A stretch of DNA of 64,000 nucleotides from a virus. The notes beneath the pieces were generated by a model. It did not search any database and had not been told where the DNA came from. It worked only from the letters and a program-made list of their open reading frames with translations. The stretch is taken from positions 11,996 through 75,995 of the IMG/VR virus record IMGVR_UViG_3300017778_004456, one strand, 5' to 3'. Made by a program: the position numbers and the translations under genes. This document shows, one piece after another, positions 10,784-20,485 of the stretch; within the stretch, counting starts at the first letter, position 1, and every line of letters begins with the position of its first letter.

Positions 10784-11419
10784 ATGACCGACGTGACTGA
10801 AACCACCGCCGACGAAGCCAAGCCCCAGAAGCTCGAGAAAGCCAATCAGAAGTTCTACCTTGGGACCGCCGCCTGCCGCAAGGGCAAGATCTACGACGCT
10901 CTCCGCGCTTTTGTCTTCGCGAACCCCGGCATGACGCGCGCCGAACTCATCGCCTCCGCCGACTTGAAGGTCGCTATGGGCGGAACGCGCAACCCAGACG
11001 CTCGCAAGCAGGCGATCGTCAATGATGCCTACGTCAACGGCTATCTCTCCGGCGGACTGCGTCGCAACTTCCTCACCGACAAGGCTGACGAAGCTGCTAC
11101 GGAGATCACGTTCATCGAGACCGGCAAGGCTGTCTCCGACAAGGTCGGCGCCGGCGAACTGACGAAATCCGGCCGCGAGTTCCTGAACATGGTCGCCGGC
11201 ATCCTGACGGAAGCAGGCGTCGCTGCTGATCACCCGGTCAGCGCCGAGACGCTCGAGAAGAAGCTGGGCCGTCCTCTGGCTCTGTCGGCTCGCACGATCT
11301 CGAAGCTGGAAGCTGACGGCTACCTCGACGTCGAGCGTGCCAAGGACGACAAGGGCGAAACGACCAAGAAGATCCTCTCGGTCAGCATCCTGAAATCGGC
11401 GCCAGTCGACGGCGAGTAA
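10784..11419 (+). CDS. Putative DNA-binding protein (winged-helix-like)
   Basis: Own promoter-like sequence, strong AAGGAG RBS and own terminator; C-terminal VSAETLEKKLG...ISKLEADGYLDVER resembles a wHTH. Confidence 0.55.
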   Translation: MTDVTETTADEAKPQKLEKANQKFYLGTAACRKGKIYDALRAFVFANPGMTRAELIASADLKVAMGGTRNPDARKQAIVNDAYVNGYLSGGLRRNFLTDKADEAATEITFIETGKAVSDKVGAGELTKSGREFLNMVAGILTEAGVAADHPVSAETLEKKLGRPLALSARTISKLEADGYLDVERAKDDKGETTKKILSVSILKSAPVDGE

Positions 11420-11445
11420 TCGCCTAACTACCTCCACCCGCGACG

Positions 11446-11472
11446 ACGGGCGACCTTCGGGTCGCCCGTTTG
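11446..11472 (+). terminator. Intrinsic terminator-like hairpin
   Basis: acgggcgacc-TTCG-ggtcgcccgt followed by a short T run. Confidence 0.75.
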
Positions 11473-11485
11473 CAGGACGACTTCA

Positions 11486-12361
11486 ATGGAAATTGTACCG
11501 GATCAGTTTGATCGCCTCGTGGCGTATATGCACGAGCGCGAACGAATTAGGATAAGGAAAGAGGCTGGACAGCCCTTCCCGTGGTCTCAGGACATAATCT
11601 TTCAATCCGCCCGCTTCACGAACATCCGTAGATCTGATGATAAGACCACGAGATGGCTTAAGAACAACTGGATCACGCCGAACAAGGGCAAGGATCCTCT
11701 CGCAGAGTTTCGGAACGTAGCGATCTTCCGCTGGGTTGGAACCATCGAGTTCGCCCAGACTTACGGATGGCAACCTCACTGGAGCAAGTCTCGACTGATC
11801 GCTGTCATCGAGGGTATGATGGCTCAGAAGCGAAGACCGTTCACATCTGCGTATGTCATCTCTAACTTCGGCCTGAAGGGCTCGAAGGCGGCAGTAGTCG
11901 GAAACGTGATCGACGAGCTGAACAACAAGCTGGAAGCTCTGATCGTACACGTCGACGAGCACCAGACATGGGAGTCAGCCGATACGTTCCTGCGTGACAA
12001 TGTCTCAGGATTCGGCGGTACGGGCTTCATGTCCAAGGAAGTTCTAACAGATGCTATGGAGACCTCGTTCTTCGGACCTGTGACTGATCTGTTCACCTGG
12101 AGTCCTTTCGGACCCGGCGCTCGCCGTGGTCTGGTGAGAGCGTTCGGTCAGCCTCTGGAGAAGAAGATAAACGCAGATGTTGCACTGAGGCTGGGAAGGG
12201 CGTTATATTCTGCCTTAAGTCACGGCGTACTAGATGCTGATATGCCTCAGCCCTACAAAGATTTCACTCTTCACGATCTTCAGTTCGTGATGTGTGAGTT
12301 TGACAAGTACGAACGTATCCGCCTGGGACAAGGCCGCTCGAAAAGGGGTTACTCGCAATGA
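11486..12361 (+). CDS. aGPT-PPlase clade 1 / amino acid:DNA transferase family (thymine hypermodification)
   Basis: ERERIR...PWSQDIIFQSARFTNIRRSDDKTT, GFGGTGFMSKEVLTD, GPGARRGL and CEFDKYER motifs; adjacent to a thymidylate synthase homolog. Confidence 0.85.
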   Translation: MEIVPDQFDRLVAYMHERERIRIRKEAGQPFPWSQDIIFQSARFTNIRRSDDKTTRWLKNNWITPNKGKDPLAEFRNVAIFRWVGTIEFAQTYGWQPHWSKSRLIAVIEGMMAQKRRPFTSAYVISNFGLKGSKAAVVGNVIDELNNKLEALIVHVDEHQTWESADTFLRDNVSGFGGTGFMSKEVLTDAMETSFFGPVTDLFTWSPFGPGARRGLVRAFGQPLEKKINADVALRLGRALYSALSHGVLDADMPQPYKDFTLHDLQFVMCEFDKYERIRLGQGRSKRGYSQ

Positions 12362-13212
12362 ACGACATCACGGTCTTCATTCCGACCAAGGGTCGACTGG
12401 ACAAGCAGTACACCTACGACATCGTCAAAGCGACCGGGAATCACTTGCCGATTCTGGTCTGCCCTCCGGAAGAGGTTCCGGAGCACGAGAAGCGTGGTCG
12501 TCGAGCCGTTGGCTTCGCTCACGCGTACCTGAGTCAGTCGATCGACCACATCATTCACTTCCTGGCACACACGGATCGTGTGATCATCATGGATGACGAC
12601 CTGAGGTTCTCCAGGCGTATCAGCAAGGACGACTGGAAGCTTCGGATGGCAGACCCAACCGATATTCGGGACATGATCGATCAGATCGCCGACCTGCTGA
12701 CTGAACATCCTATGGTGGGTGTGTCTGCTCGCCAGAACAACAACAATCTCACCGCCGATCACCATACGATAGCGATGCGTCAGTCCCAAGTTCATGGGAT
12801 CTACGTTCCGTTCTTCAAGGAGCATGGGATCCATCCAGACAACGTCATTCTGAAGAGCGATTTCTTCATGACGCTGAATGTCCTGACACGAGGTAAGTCG
12901 AACGCCGTCCTGACGCAGTTCACCGTTGATCAGGCTGGCGGTTCCAACGCGCCGGGTGGAGTCAGCATCTATCGCTCGGTCGATTCGATGAACAAGGCGG
13001 CGATCCTTCTCCAGAACCTCTTCCCACAGTTCGTGAAACTCCGGGAGAAAACTACGAAGTGGAAGGGTCTCGAGACCTCCTTCATGGATGTGACTATATT
13101 CTGGAAGAAGGCTCTGGAGGCGGGACAACGCGGAGGTTGCCCGATGCCTGCCGAACCTGTATATTCCGATGAACAGCCAGCCCCACAGCAAGACCGGAGA
13201 GCCGCCATATGA
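12358..13212 (+). CDS. GT-A fold DNA-base glycosyltransferase (TET/JBP-associated, TAGT-like)
   Basis: VFIPTKGR start, IIMDDDL metal-binding motif, KSDFFMTL and SNAPGGVSIYR; translationally coupled inside the modification cluster. Confidence 0.8.
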   Translation: MNDITVFIPTKGRLDKQYTYDIVKATGNHLPILVCPPEEVPEHEKRGRRAVGFAHAYLSQSIDHIIHFLAHTDRVIIMDDDLRFSRRISKDDWKLRMADPTDIRDMIDQIADLLTEHPMVGVSARQNNNNLTADHHTIAMRQSQVHGIYVPFFKEHGIHPDNVILKSDFFMTLNVLTRGKSNAVLTQFTVDQAGGSNAPGGVSIYRSVDSMNKAAILLQNLFPQFVKLREKTTKWKGLETSFMDVTIFWKKALEAGQRGGCPMPAEPVYSDEQPAPQQDRRAAI

Positions 13213-14267
13213 CGAGAGTGATTTCTTCAGAGAAAGGCGGTATCGGTACTATCGTCGCTACTGATGTCGATTCTGCAATCGTTTCAGCAGTGAAGCTTCT
13301 GAAGGAGGAAGGTCTCGAGATCGCCAGCCGCGCGGGTCCGACTTTGGAGTATCCGACCCCAGTCGTTACGATCTATAAGAATCCTTCCCGCAAGGTCAGC
13401 TTCATGGAGGCACGGGATGCAAACCCATTCTTCCACCTGTTCGAGTCGCTCTGGATGCTGGGCGGCGGAGACGATCTCCCTTCACTCCTGATCTTCAACT
13501 CAAAGTTTGGACAGTTCTCAGATGACGGCAAGACTATTCGGGGTTCAGCATACGGTCGTCGCTGGCGAACATGGTTCGGTCACGATCAGCTCACGGACGC
13601 TGTCCAGAAGCTCAAGAACACGCCTGGAGACCGCCGAGTGGTTCTTCAGATGTGGGATGCTTTCTCTGATCCTGTGGTGCAGTCGAAAGATGTCCCCTGC
13701 AACACCGTCTGCTACTTCCGATGCCGAGATGGTAAGACATTGGACCTCACAGTCTCCAACAGAAGCAACGATGCTATCTATGGAGCCCTCGGAAGCAACG
13801 TCGTACACTTCAGTCTTCTGCTTGAATACGTGGCTTCGTCAGCAGGTCTTGAAGTCGGCACGTACTATCAATTCTCTAACTCCTACCACGGATACGTGGA
13901 GAATCCTATCTTCGCCAAACTTCTCTCTGGCTCTACAGCTCCTGCGACGTATGAGAAGATGGGTGTCCAAGCCTTCCCGCTGAACTCTGAGGACGGCGCG
14001 ATCAACGAGGACATCATGCTTCTTATGAAGTTCGTCAGAGAAGTTGCGGAGTCTCCTGACAAGAATTACATCACCCTGATGACTTCTCTGAATGAGCGGG
14101 TCTGGAACACCGAGTTCTTCCGCAAGGTGGTTGGCCCGATGATGATCGCCTACTTCTCCTGGAAGACCAGCGGCGGCATCAAGTGGGCGCAGAAGAACTT
14201 CAACATGACGATTGACTGGCACAATGCCTCGATGCGATGGCTCGAACGGAGAATGAAAAATGGCTGA
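13209..14267 (+). CDS. Thymidylate synthase homolog, probable dUMP hydroxymethylase
   Basis: ANPFFHLFESLWML, AYGRRWR, RRVVLQMWD, catalytic DVPCN and NRSNDAIYGALGSNVVHF (Asn at the dUMP-specificity position). Confidence 0.85.
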   Translation: MTRVISSEKGGIGTIVATDVDSAIVSAVKLLKEEGLEIASRAGPTLEYPTPVVTIYKNPSRKVSFMEARDANPFFHLFESLWMLGGGDDLPSLLIFNSKFGQFSDDGKTIRGSAYGRRWRTWFGHDQLTDAVQKLKNTPGDRRVVLQMWDAFSDPVVQSKDVPCNTVCYFRCRDGKTLDLTVSNRSNDAIYGALGSNVVHFSLLLEYVASSAGLEVGTYYQFSNSYHGYVENPIFAKLLSGSTAPATYEKMGVQAFPLNSEDGAINEDIMLLMKFVREVAESPDKNYITLMTSLNERVWNTEFFRKVVGPMMIAYFSWKTSGGIKWAQKNFNMTIDWHNASMRWLERRMKNG

Positions 14268-14871
14268 TGGCTCGCCGGACTACGGCATTCCGCTGACAGC
14301 CTCTGAGCTCTGGCTCAGCGGCAAGGTGATTCGCTACCATGCTTCCCCCACGATTAAGCATCAGACCACGGGCGAACACGCATGGGGCGTCGCCATCATG
14401 TGCAAGATTCTGTTCCCGGAGAAGTTCGCACAGCTCGTGGAATATCTCTTAACGCACGACGCGCCGGAGCTGGTCCTGGGAGACTGGCCTTATCCCGCCA
14501 AGAAGTTGATGAACGTCTACGAGCGTGAGGCTGAATGCGAAGCGGCGCTGATGTCTCCGTGGCAGAAGCCTCCGGGCTTCATGTCCGAGGAGGACGCGAT
14601 CATCTTCAAGGTCTGCGACATCGTCGAGCTGCTGATGCAGACGGCATACGAGATTGGCCTCGGAAACAATCACGTCGGCTATATTCATCGCAACGGTGAG
14701 CGTGTCCTGATGTCCCTTCTGATCAAATTGGAGGAGACGTCGAAGGGTGCTTATCGCGCGACGGCGGTCCACGCTAAGGTGAAGGATGTTGTCAGCCGGA
14801 TCATAAAAGATCAGGTTGAGCGCTATCTGCCTTCCCAGCCTAAGATGCAAGTTACCGAACAGGAGTCCTAA
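14260..14871 (+). CDS. HD-domain 5'-deoxynucleotidase-like protein
   Basis: RYH...QTTGEHAWGV...THDAPE...GDWPYPAK...KVCDIVE (YfbR-like pattern). Confidence 0.8.
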   Translation: MADGSPDYGIPLTASELWLSGKVIRYHASPTIKHQTTGEHAWGVAIMCKILFPEKFAQLVEYLLTHDAPELVLGDWPYPAKKLMNVYEREAECEAALMSPWQKPPGFMSEEDAIIFKVCDIVELLMQTAYEIGLGNNHVGYIHRNGERVLMSLLIKLEETSKGAYRATAVHAKVKDVVSRIIKDQVERYLPSQPKMQVTEQES

Positions 14872-15275
14872 TGTCCGCGAACGCAATCCAAATTGGCGGC
14901 TCTCACTACAAGGGCGAGTATCAGCACTGGGACTGGGTGTCGGACTGCAGCATTCACTATCTGATGGGCTGTGCAACGAAGTACGTGGTCAGGTGGCGCA
15001 AGAAGAACGGTCTCCAAGACCTCGAGAAGGCGAAGCACTATCTGATGAAGATGGAGGAGCTGATCGTCGAGGGTCGCTATCGTCCGACCGGGACCGCTCT
15101 CGAGCTTCGTCAGCGCCGAGCGCTTACCGAGATGTTCATTCGGGACAACTGCGTCGATCCTACCGAAGCTCAGTTCATCTACGTCTGCGCGCTCTGGGAT
15201 GATCCTGAGGAACTCGCCGTAGCTGCTCAGGCTATCGATAGTCTGATCATGGTGGCTTCGGCAGACAAATTCTGA
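14871..15275 (+). CDS. DUF3310 protein (nucleotide-kinase-like, associated with modification clusters)
   Basis: QIGGSHYK...GCATKYVVRWRKKNGLQDLEKAKHYL. Confidence 0.8.
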   Translation: MSANAIQIGGSHYKGEYQHWDWVSDCSIHYLMGCATKYVVRWRKKNGLQDLEKAKHYLMKMEELIVEGRYRPTGTALELRQRRALTEMFIRDNCVDPTEAQFIYVCALWDDPEELAVAAQAIDSLIMVASADKF

Positions 15276-15379
15276 CGCCGGGGTCACCACATAAAGAAAC
15301 TGCGTTGAGCAGCGCGCCGGGGTAAGTTACAGCTTACCCCGGCGTTGACAATGCGTAACCTCGCACATACAGGATTTAC

Positions 15380-17317
15380 ATGTCCGATCTTATCTCCAGG
15401 CTGATGGGCTGGTTCGCAGGGACCGTTACCGCGATCGACTTGGAGACCTACGACCCTCTCCTTGAGGAGCGTGGTCCGGGTTGGGCATTCGAGAACGCTG
15501 GTCACATCATTGGTGTCAGTCTCGCCTCCGAGAAGAAGGCGGTCTACTTGCCGATTCGGCACAAGTGCTGGGAGGCAACTCCCGGTGACTACCCGCACCA
15601 GAATGATCTCGACGACAAGCCCTTCACTGAGAACTATGATCCCGAAGAGGTCATGGAGTTCCTTCGCCGCCTGATGGTTGAGAGCGAGGAGCCTGTGATT
15701 TTCGCCAACGCGAACTACGATCTGGGCTGGCTCGAGACTGAGGGCAAGGTCTGGGAGCATCGCCGGCGCGTCGAAGATGTTCAGATGCAGGCTCCGCTGC
15801 TGGACGAACACTCCAGAAGCTTCGGCCTGGATATGCTGGGCCTCAAGTATTCCGAGAAGGGTCTTACGAAGCTGGGCGGCGATCTTGTCTCGCTGGGCAA
15901 GTCCCGCGGATACAGGTCCAAGGGCGCGGTGATGAAGTCTCTTGCCGAGTTGCCGATTGGTGTGGTCGCAGCCTACGCGGTTCGGGATGCCGAGGTTACT
16001 CTCGACGTCTGGTATACTCTGACTAAGATGATCGAGCAGCAGAACCTACAGCGCGTCTACAGCGAGCTGGAGATGCCTCTGCTTCCGTATCTGCGACAGG
16101 CTCGACGCCGTGGGATTCGGGTCGACATGGCTCGCGCTGAGGAGGTTGCCCATCAGTTCCTGAAGCTTGAGGAAGAGGCAACCGCAAAGCTCAAGCACGA
16201 GACCGGGATCGACCTCACCGGAGACCTCTGGAAAGCCGAGAAGGTCGCCAAGGTTCTGGATTACGCAGGGATCCCATACCCTCTGACTCCCAAGACCAAG
16301 AAACCTTCCATCGACAAGGACTTCCTGAACGACATCGACAACCCGATCACCGACATGATTCTTCAGGCGCGCAAGTTCGAGAGAGCTCGCAGCACCTTCG
16401 TCGAGGGCTTCGTGATGAACGGCTCGATCAACGGCCGGATTCACTGTCAGCTTAACTCCCTGAAGTCTGACGATGGTGGTACTATCTCTGGACGCTTCTC
16501 CTGCTCCGACCCCAACCTTCAGCAGATCCCTGCACGCGACCCTGAGATTGGTCCGCTTGTCCGGAGCTGTTTCCTGGGCGACGAGGAATGCGACTGGGTG
16601 TCCATGGACTACTCTCAGCAGGAACCGCGTTGGATGGTGGAGATGGCTCTTCGCTGCGGGTTCACATCTTCGCTGCCGTTCGTGGAAGCTTATCAGAACA
16701 ACCCCAAGACAGACTTCCACCAGCTTAACGCTGACATCGCCGGCATCAAACGGAAGGAGGCCAAGGAGATTGGTCTGGGTCTCGCGTATGCGATGGGTGG
16801 CGGCAAACTCGCCCGGAAGCTGGGTCTGGAAATTGAACTCAAGACTTTCCGTGATCGGCGTACTGGCGAGATGGTCGAGTACGAGGCGGCGGGTAAGGAA
16901 GCCCAAGCTATCATTGACAAGTTTCACCGGGGCTCGCCATACATCAACGACCTCGACAAGATGTGCCGCGGTCAGGTTCGCTCGAAGGGTTATCTGCGGA
17001 CACCGCTCGGTCGACGATTCAGGTTCCCGATTCTACCTACCGGCGAGCAGTGGAAACCTCACAAGGCGATGAACGCTCTTATCCAAGGTTCTGCCGCTGA
17101 CGAGACAAAGACCGCCATGCTGGCCCTTTACAGAGCAGGCATCCCGCCTATACTTAGTGTTCACGACGAGGTAGCACTGACGCACACTCGAGATCGTGAA
17201 GTTATCCGGGCGGCTGCGAACATTATGATCAACGCTGTTCCGAAAACTGTGCCGTCCATGGTCGACATTGAAGTCGGCAGGTCGTGGGGCGAATGTGTCG
17301 CATTGGAGACAGAGTGA
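15380..17317 (+). CDS. polA: Family A DNA polymerase with 3'-5' exonuclease
   Basis: Exo motifs DLET, NANYD, YAVRD; SGRFSCSDPNLQQIP; motif A DYSQQEPR; motif B RKEAKEIGLGLAY; motif C VHDE. Confidence 0.95.
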   Translation: MSDLISRLMGWFAGTVTAIDLETYDPLLEERGPGWAFENAGHIIGVSLASEKKAVYLPIRHKCWEATPGDYPHQNDLDDKPFTENYDPEEVMEFLRRLMVESEEPVIFANANYDLGWLETEGKVWEHRRRVEDVQMQAPLLDEHSRSFGLDMLGLKYSEKGLTKLGGDLVSLGKSRGYRSKGAVMKSLAELPIGVVAAYAVRDAEVTLDVWYTLTKMIEQQNLQRVYSELEMPLLPYLRQARRRGIRVDMARAEEVAHQFLKLEEEATAKLKHETGIDLTGDLWKAEKVAKVLDYAGIPYPLTPKTKKPSIDKDFLNDIDNPITDMILQARKFERARSTFVEGFVMNGSINGRIHCQLNSLKSDDGGTISGRFSCSDPNLQQIPARDPEIGPLVRSCFLGDEECDWVSMDYSQQEPRWMVEMALRCGFTSSLPFVEAYQNNPKTDFHQLNADIAGIKRKEAKEIGLGLAYAMGGGKLARKLGLEIELKTFRDRRTGEMVEYEAAGKEAQAIIDKFHRGSPYINDLDKMCRGQVRSKGYLRTPLGRRFRFPILPTGEQWKPHKAMNALIQGSAADETKTAMLALYRAGIPPILSVHDEVALTHTRDREVIRAAANIMINAVPKTVPSMVDIEVGRSWGECVALETE

Positions 17318-17787
17318 GATATTTCGGAATTAAGTGGGACGCAAGATTCCTACAGCTCGCACAGATTGTTTCGACGTGGTCCAAAGACCCAAGCACGAAA
17401 GTCGGCGCCGTTCTGGTGCGTCCTGACAAGACCATTGCGGCGACCGGTTACAACGGATTCCCAATGGGCTGTTCGGACTCAGACGCGATGTATGAGGATC
17501 GTGACGAGAAGCTGGGCCGTGTGGTTCACGCTGAACTCAACTGCTGCCTCGCGGCTAACGAGAACTGTACCGGATACACAATCTACATTTATCCGCCGTC
17601 TGCGTTCAAGACTGCGACGTGTGATCGCTGCGCTGCGGCGATCATTCAACGTAAGATTCACAGAGTGGTTTCCTACTACGACATCAACGCAGTCTTCAAG
17701 GAATCCTGGAGACCCTCGTTCGATCGGTCTCTCAGGATGTACCAGGAAGCCGGTGTCCTTGTGGATGCCATTCCGCTGCTGCCCTAA
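17284..17787 (+). CDS. dCMP deaminase
   Basis: SKDPSTKVGA, GYNGFP, HAE and CDRC zinc motifs; exact start uncertain. Confidence 0.9.
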   Translation: MGRMCRIGDRVRYFGIKWDARFLQLAQIVSTWSKDPSTKVGAVLVRPDKTIAATGYNGFPMGCSDSDAMYEDRDEKLGRVVHAELNCCLAANENCTGYTIYIYPPSAFKTATCDRCAAAIIQRKIHRVVSYYDINAVFKESWRPSFDRSLRMYQEAGVLVDAIPLLP

Positions 17788-17812
17788 CCTGCACCCCGCA
17801 AAGGATACGCCC

Positions 17813-18760
17813 GTGCCAGCTTACGCTGCTTCGCCTGTAAAGAATACGCGCCAGCCCCAAGGGGCGCACCTGCCCCCGTGCGTCCTTATTGTAGACGCAA
17901 ACAATACGGCGAAAGCCGCCTATCACGTTTCCGGAGAACTGGTCACAGACGCCGGTCACGGAGTCGGCATCACCTATACGATGCTCAACTCACTGAAGAC
18001 TCTGCTGTATCATTTCCCGACGGCAACTCAGGTCATTTACTGCTGGGACTCGCGTCCTATCTGGCGGTCGGCTCTCTACCCGGCCTACAAGATGAACCGC
18101 GCGTCACACCAGCCCGGTCACGTGAAGGATCCTGAGGACAACTGGGAGGAACAGAAGCAGCTCTTTCTGAGATTCCTGGAAGTGCTTCCGGTGACACAGG
18201 TTCGCGGTGAACTTCTGGAGGCCGACGACATCGCCTACTGGCTGTCTCGTAAGGAGCAGCTTCCGGAAGGTCACGTTGCAGTTCTGGTCTCGAACGACAA
18301 GGACTGGTTTCAGCTTATCGGTGACCATCAGGTCCTGTGGCGTCCCTCGTCAGTTATTCCGAAGAAGTTCCTGGATCTCCACAACTACGACCGCGATACT
18401 GACTATCGCACGCCAGCCGAGATCATACAAGTCAAGGCTATTGCCGGCGACTCTAAGGACAACGTTCACGGCGCCGATGGTATAGGTGAAGGCTCGGTGC
18501 TGAAATATCTGAACCATCAGCCTATGCAAGAGTTCCGGGAGAAGCGTATCCTTGACTGGATCGACACCGAGCACTACAGGCTCAACCTTAGACTTCTGGA
18601 CCTCGATCAGACACCGAAGGAACTCTTCCACAACATCGAGGTGAATAGAACGCTTTGGGATGAGCGGGCCTTCATGATGCTCTGCCGCGAGCTGGAGTTC
18701 TACACCATCATGGAACGCTGGGGAGAATTTACTGGCGCGTTTTTGCGTCTAGCACGCTAG
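17813..18760 (+). CDS. 5'-3' exonuclease / flap endonuclease
   Basis: IVDANN, YPAYKMNR, EADD, SNDKDWFQL and GDSKDNVHGADGIG; GTG start after AAAGGA. Confidence 0.9.
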   Translation: MPAYAASPVKNTRQPQGAHLPPCVLIVDANNTAKAAYHVSGELVTDAGHGVGITYTMLNSLKTLLYHFPTATQVIYCWDSRPIWRSALYPAYKMNRASHQPGHVKDPEDNWEEQKQLFLRFLEVLPVTQVRGELLEADDIAYWLSRKEQLPEGHVAVLVSNDKDWFQLIGDHQVLWRPSSVIPKKFLDLHNYDRDTDYRTPAEIIQVKAIAGDSKDNVHGADGIGEGSVLKYLNHQPMQEFREKRILDWIDTEHYRLNLRLLDLDQTPKELFHNIEVNRTLWDERAFMMLCRELEFYTIMERWGEFTGAFLRLAR

Positions 18761-18792
18761 TTGACATAGTTGGTCTATGCTAAGGTTACAGA

Positions 18793-19221
18793 ATGCAAAC
18801 CTTCCTTCCATACCCGTGCTTCGCCGAGTCCCTTGCCGCGCTAGATTACCGACGTCTCGGTAAGCAGCGCGTCGAAGCCAAGCAGCTTCTAAACGCGATC
18901 CAAGGTAATTCTAAAGGCTGGGGCAACCATCCCGCTGCGATTATGTGGCGTCAGTATGTTCCCGCGCTTATGGTCTACCATGACCTGTCGATTCACGAGT
19001 GGACTAAGCGCGGCTACAGAAACTCAATGCCGTTCTTCTACGAGCCCGGTTCCGAAGTTACCTGGGATACTCCATGGTGGCTTGGCGATCCAGACTTTCA
19101 CGCTTCGCACCGTAGCAATCTCCTGCGTAAATACGCGGTACACTACGGACAATTTAATTGGTCAGAGTCTCCCAATCTCGAGTACATCTGGCCTTCGGAG
19201 TACCCGCCCAATGGATCTTAA
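18793..19221 (+). CDS. Pyrimidine-dimer DNA glycosylase family protein (MSMEG_6728-like)
   Basis: MQTFLPY...LDYRRLGKQRVEAKQ...NHPAAIMW...PWWLG...SHRSNLLRK. Confidence 0.85.
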   Translation: MQTFLPYPCFAESLAALDYRRLGKQRVEAKQLLNAIQGNSKGWGNHPAAIMWRQYVPALMVYHDLSIHEWTKRGYRNSMPFFYEPGSEVTWDTPWWLGDPDFHASHRSNLLRKYAVHYGQFNWSESPNLEYIWPSEYPPNGS

Positions 19222-20485
19222 TCCACAACAGGAAGCCGCTATCCGGAAAGCCGAAGAGTGGTGGAAATCTCCAGCTCGCTACAAGCGACCATTCATCCTC
19301 TCTGGTTACGCCGGAACGGGTAAGACCACGATCGCCTTCGAAATCGTTCGTCGGCTGGGCATCAACCCCGTCCTATGCGCCCCGACAGGTAAGGCTGCGA
19401 AGGTTCTGGAACTCAAGATTGGTCAGGAAACTCACACCCTTCATAAGTTCTTCTACCGCCCGCGTCAGGGCCGTATCGAGTCCTTGTCCAACAAGTTGGC
19501 CGGTCTGGTCACTGCCGAGGAAACCGGCGTCTACAAGGTCAGCAGCGAGGATCGTGACTACTCTGACAGTGGCGGAGACCCGCAGGGTGAGCCCGTTCGC
19601 GACTTTGAATCGCTTCACGCCGAGATCGAGGAACTGATCGAGCAGATCCGGGCCATCAAGGACTCCAAGGCGGAGTTTGATCTGGTCAGCAACAAGGAGC
19701 TCTCTCAATACGACGCTATCTTCATTGACGAAGCTTCCATGGTCGATGAGAAGATGCGTGCAGACTTGGAGACCGTTGGTCTGCCAATCATTATCAGCTT
19801 CGACCCTTTCCAGCTTCCTCCTGTCGGCGGCAAGGGAGGTTGGAATGAAGACGAACCAGACGCCCTCCTGACCCAAATTATGCGTCAGGGTGATGGATCG
19901 CACATCGTTCACGTTGCTCACTCTATCCGTACCGATGGTCAAGCCAAGGGTATCGACGGCAAGGACGTGATGCTTATCCCCAGAAGGGAACTGGCACTCT
20001 TCCAGATTCTAGACTTCGACCTGATCCTGTGTGGCACGAACCGCACTCGACGGGAGTTCAACGCCAAGATTCGCTCCGCCCGCGGATTTGAGCGCCAAGG
20101 GGCTGACCCCCAACCGGGTGAGAGACTTATCTGCCTCCGGAATAACTATCAGGACAACGTTCGCAACGGAGAGCTCTTCACTTGTCGGAGCTCGAAGGTG
20201 GTCAGCAACGGCAGGATCCTAGAGCTGGAGGTAGAGGACGATCAGGGTGACATGCGGAAGCTGCGGTCCTGGAGAGCTTTGTTCACTGACGATTCCAACA
20301 CGGCGGAGGTTCCGAGAGGTCTCAACGCCTTCACGTGGGGATACGTCCTGACAGTTCACAAGGCGCAGGGATCCGAAGGTGAACGGGTGGCTATTCTGGA
20401 CGACTGGAAGAACGTAGAAAATCGTCAACAGTGGCTCTACACCGCGCTGACTCGCGCCCGAACACATGTGAGAATTTACCAGTGA
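19211..20485 (+). CDS. Dda/RecD-like SF1B helicase
   Basis: GYAGTGKT, APTGKAA, IDEASM, QLPPV, TVHKAQGSE and YTALTRA. Confidence 0.9.
   Translation: MDLNPQQEAAIRKAEEWWKSPARYKRPFILSGYAGTGKTTIAFEIVRRLGINPVLCAPTGKAAKVLELKIGQETHTLHKFFYRPRQGRIESLSNKLAGLVTAEETGVYKVSSEDRDYSDSGGDPQGEPVRDFESLHAEIEELIEQIRAIKDSKAEFDLVSNKELSQYDAIFIDEASMVDEKMRADLETVGLPIIISFDPFQLPPVGGKGGWNEDEPDALLTQIMRQGDGSHIVHVAHSIRTDGQAKGIDGKDVMLIPRRELALFQILDFDLILCGTNRTRREFNAKIRSARGFERQGADPQPGERLICLRNNYQDNVRNGELFTCRSSKVVSNGRILELEVEDDQGDMRKLRSWRALFTDDSNTAEVPRGLNAFTWGYVLTVHKAQGSEGERVAILDDWKNVENRQQWLYTALTRARTHVRIYQ

Noticed and set aside
10400-11437. Long antisense ORFs (also 7835-8470, 12349-13191, 16046-16927, 24467-25522, 62908-63639)
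   Set aside because: They are shadows of well-supported genes on the opposite strand, expected from this codon bias.
13209-14267. Ordinary thyA or dCMP hydroxymethylase
   Set aside because: The sequence is divergent from canonical ThyA and sits in a modification operon; the specificity residue is Asn, not Asp, and a dCMP deaminase is present.
11486-15275. 7-deazaguanine or 2-aminoadenine modification as the explanation
   Set aside because: No DpdA, FolE/QueCDE or PurZ-like gene was recognised in the window; they could still lie outside it.
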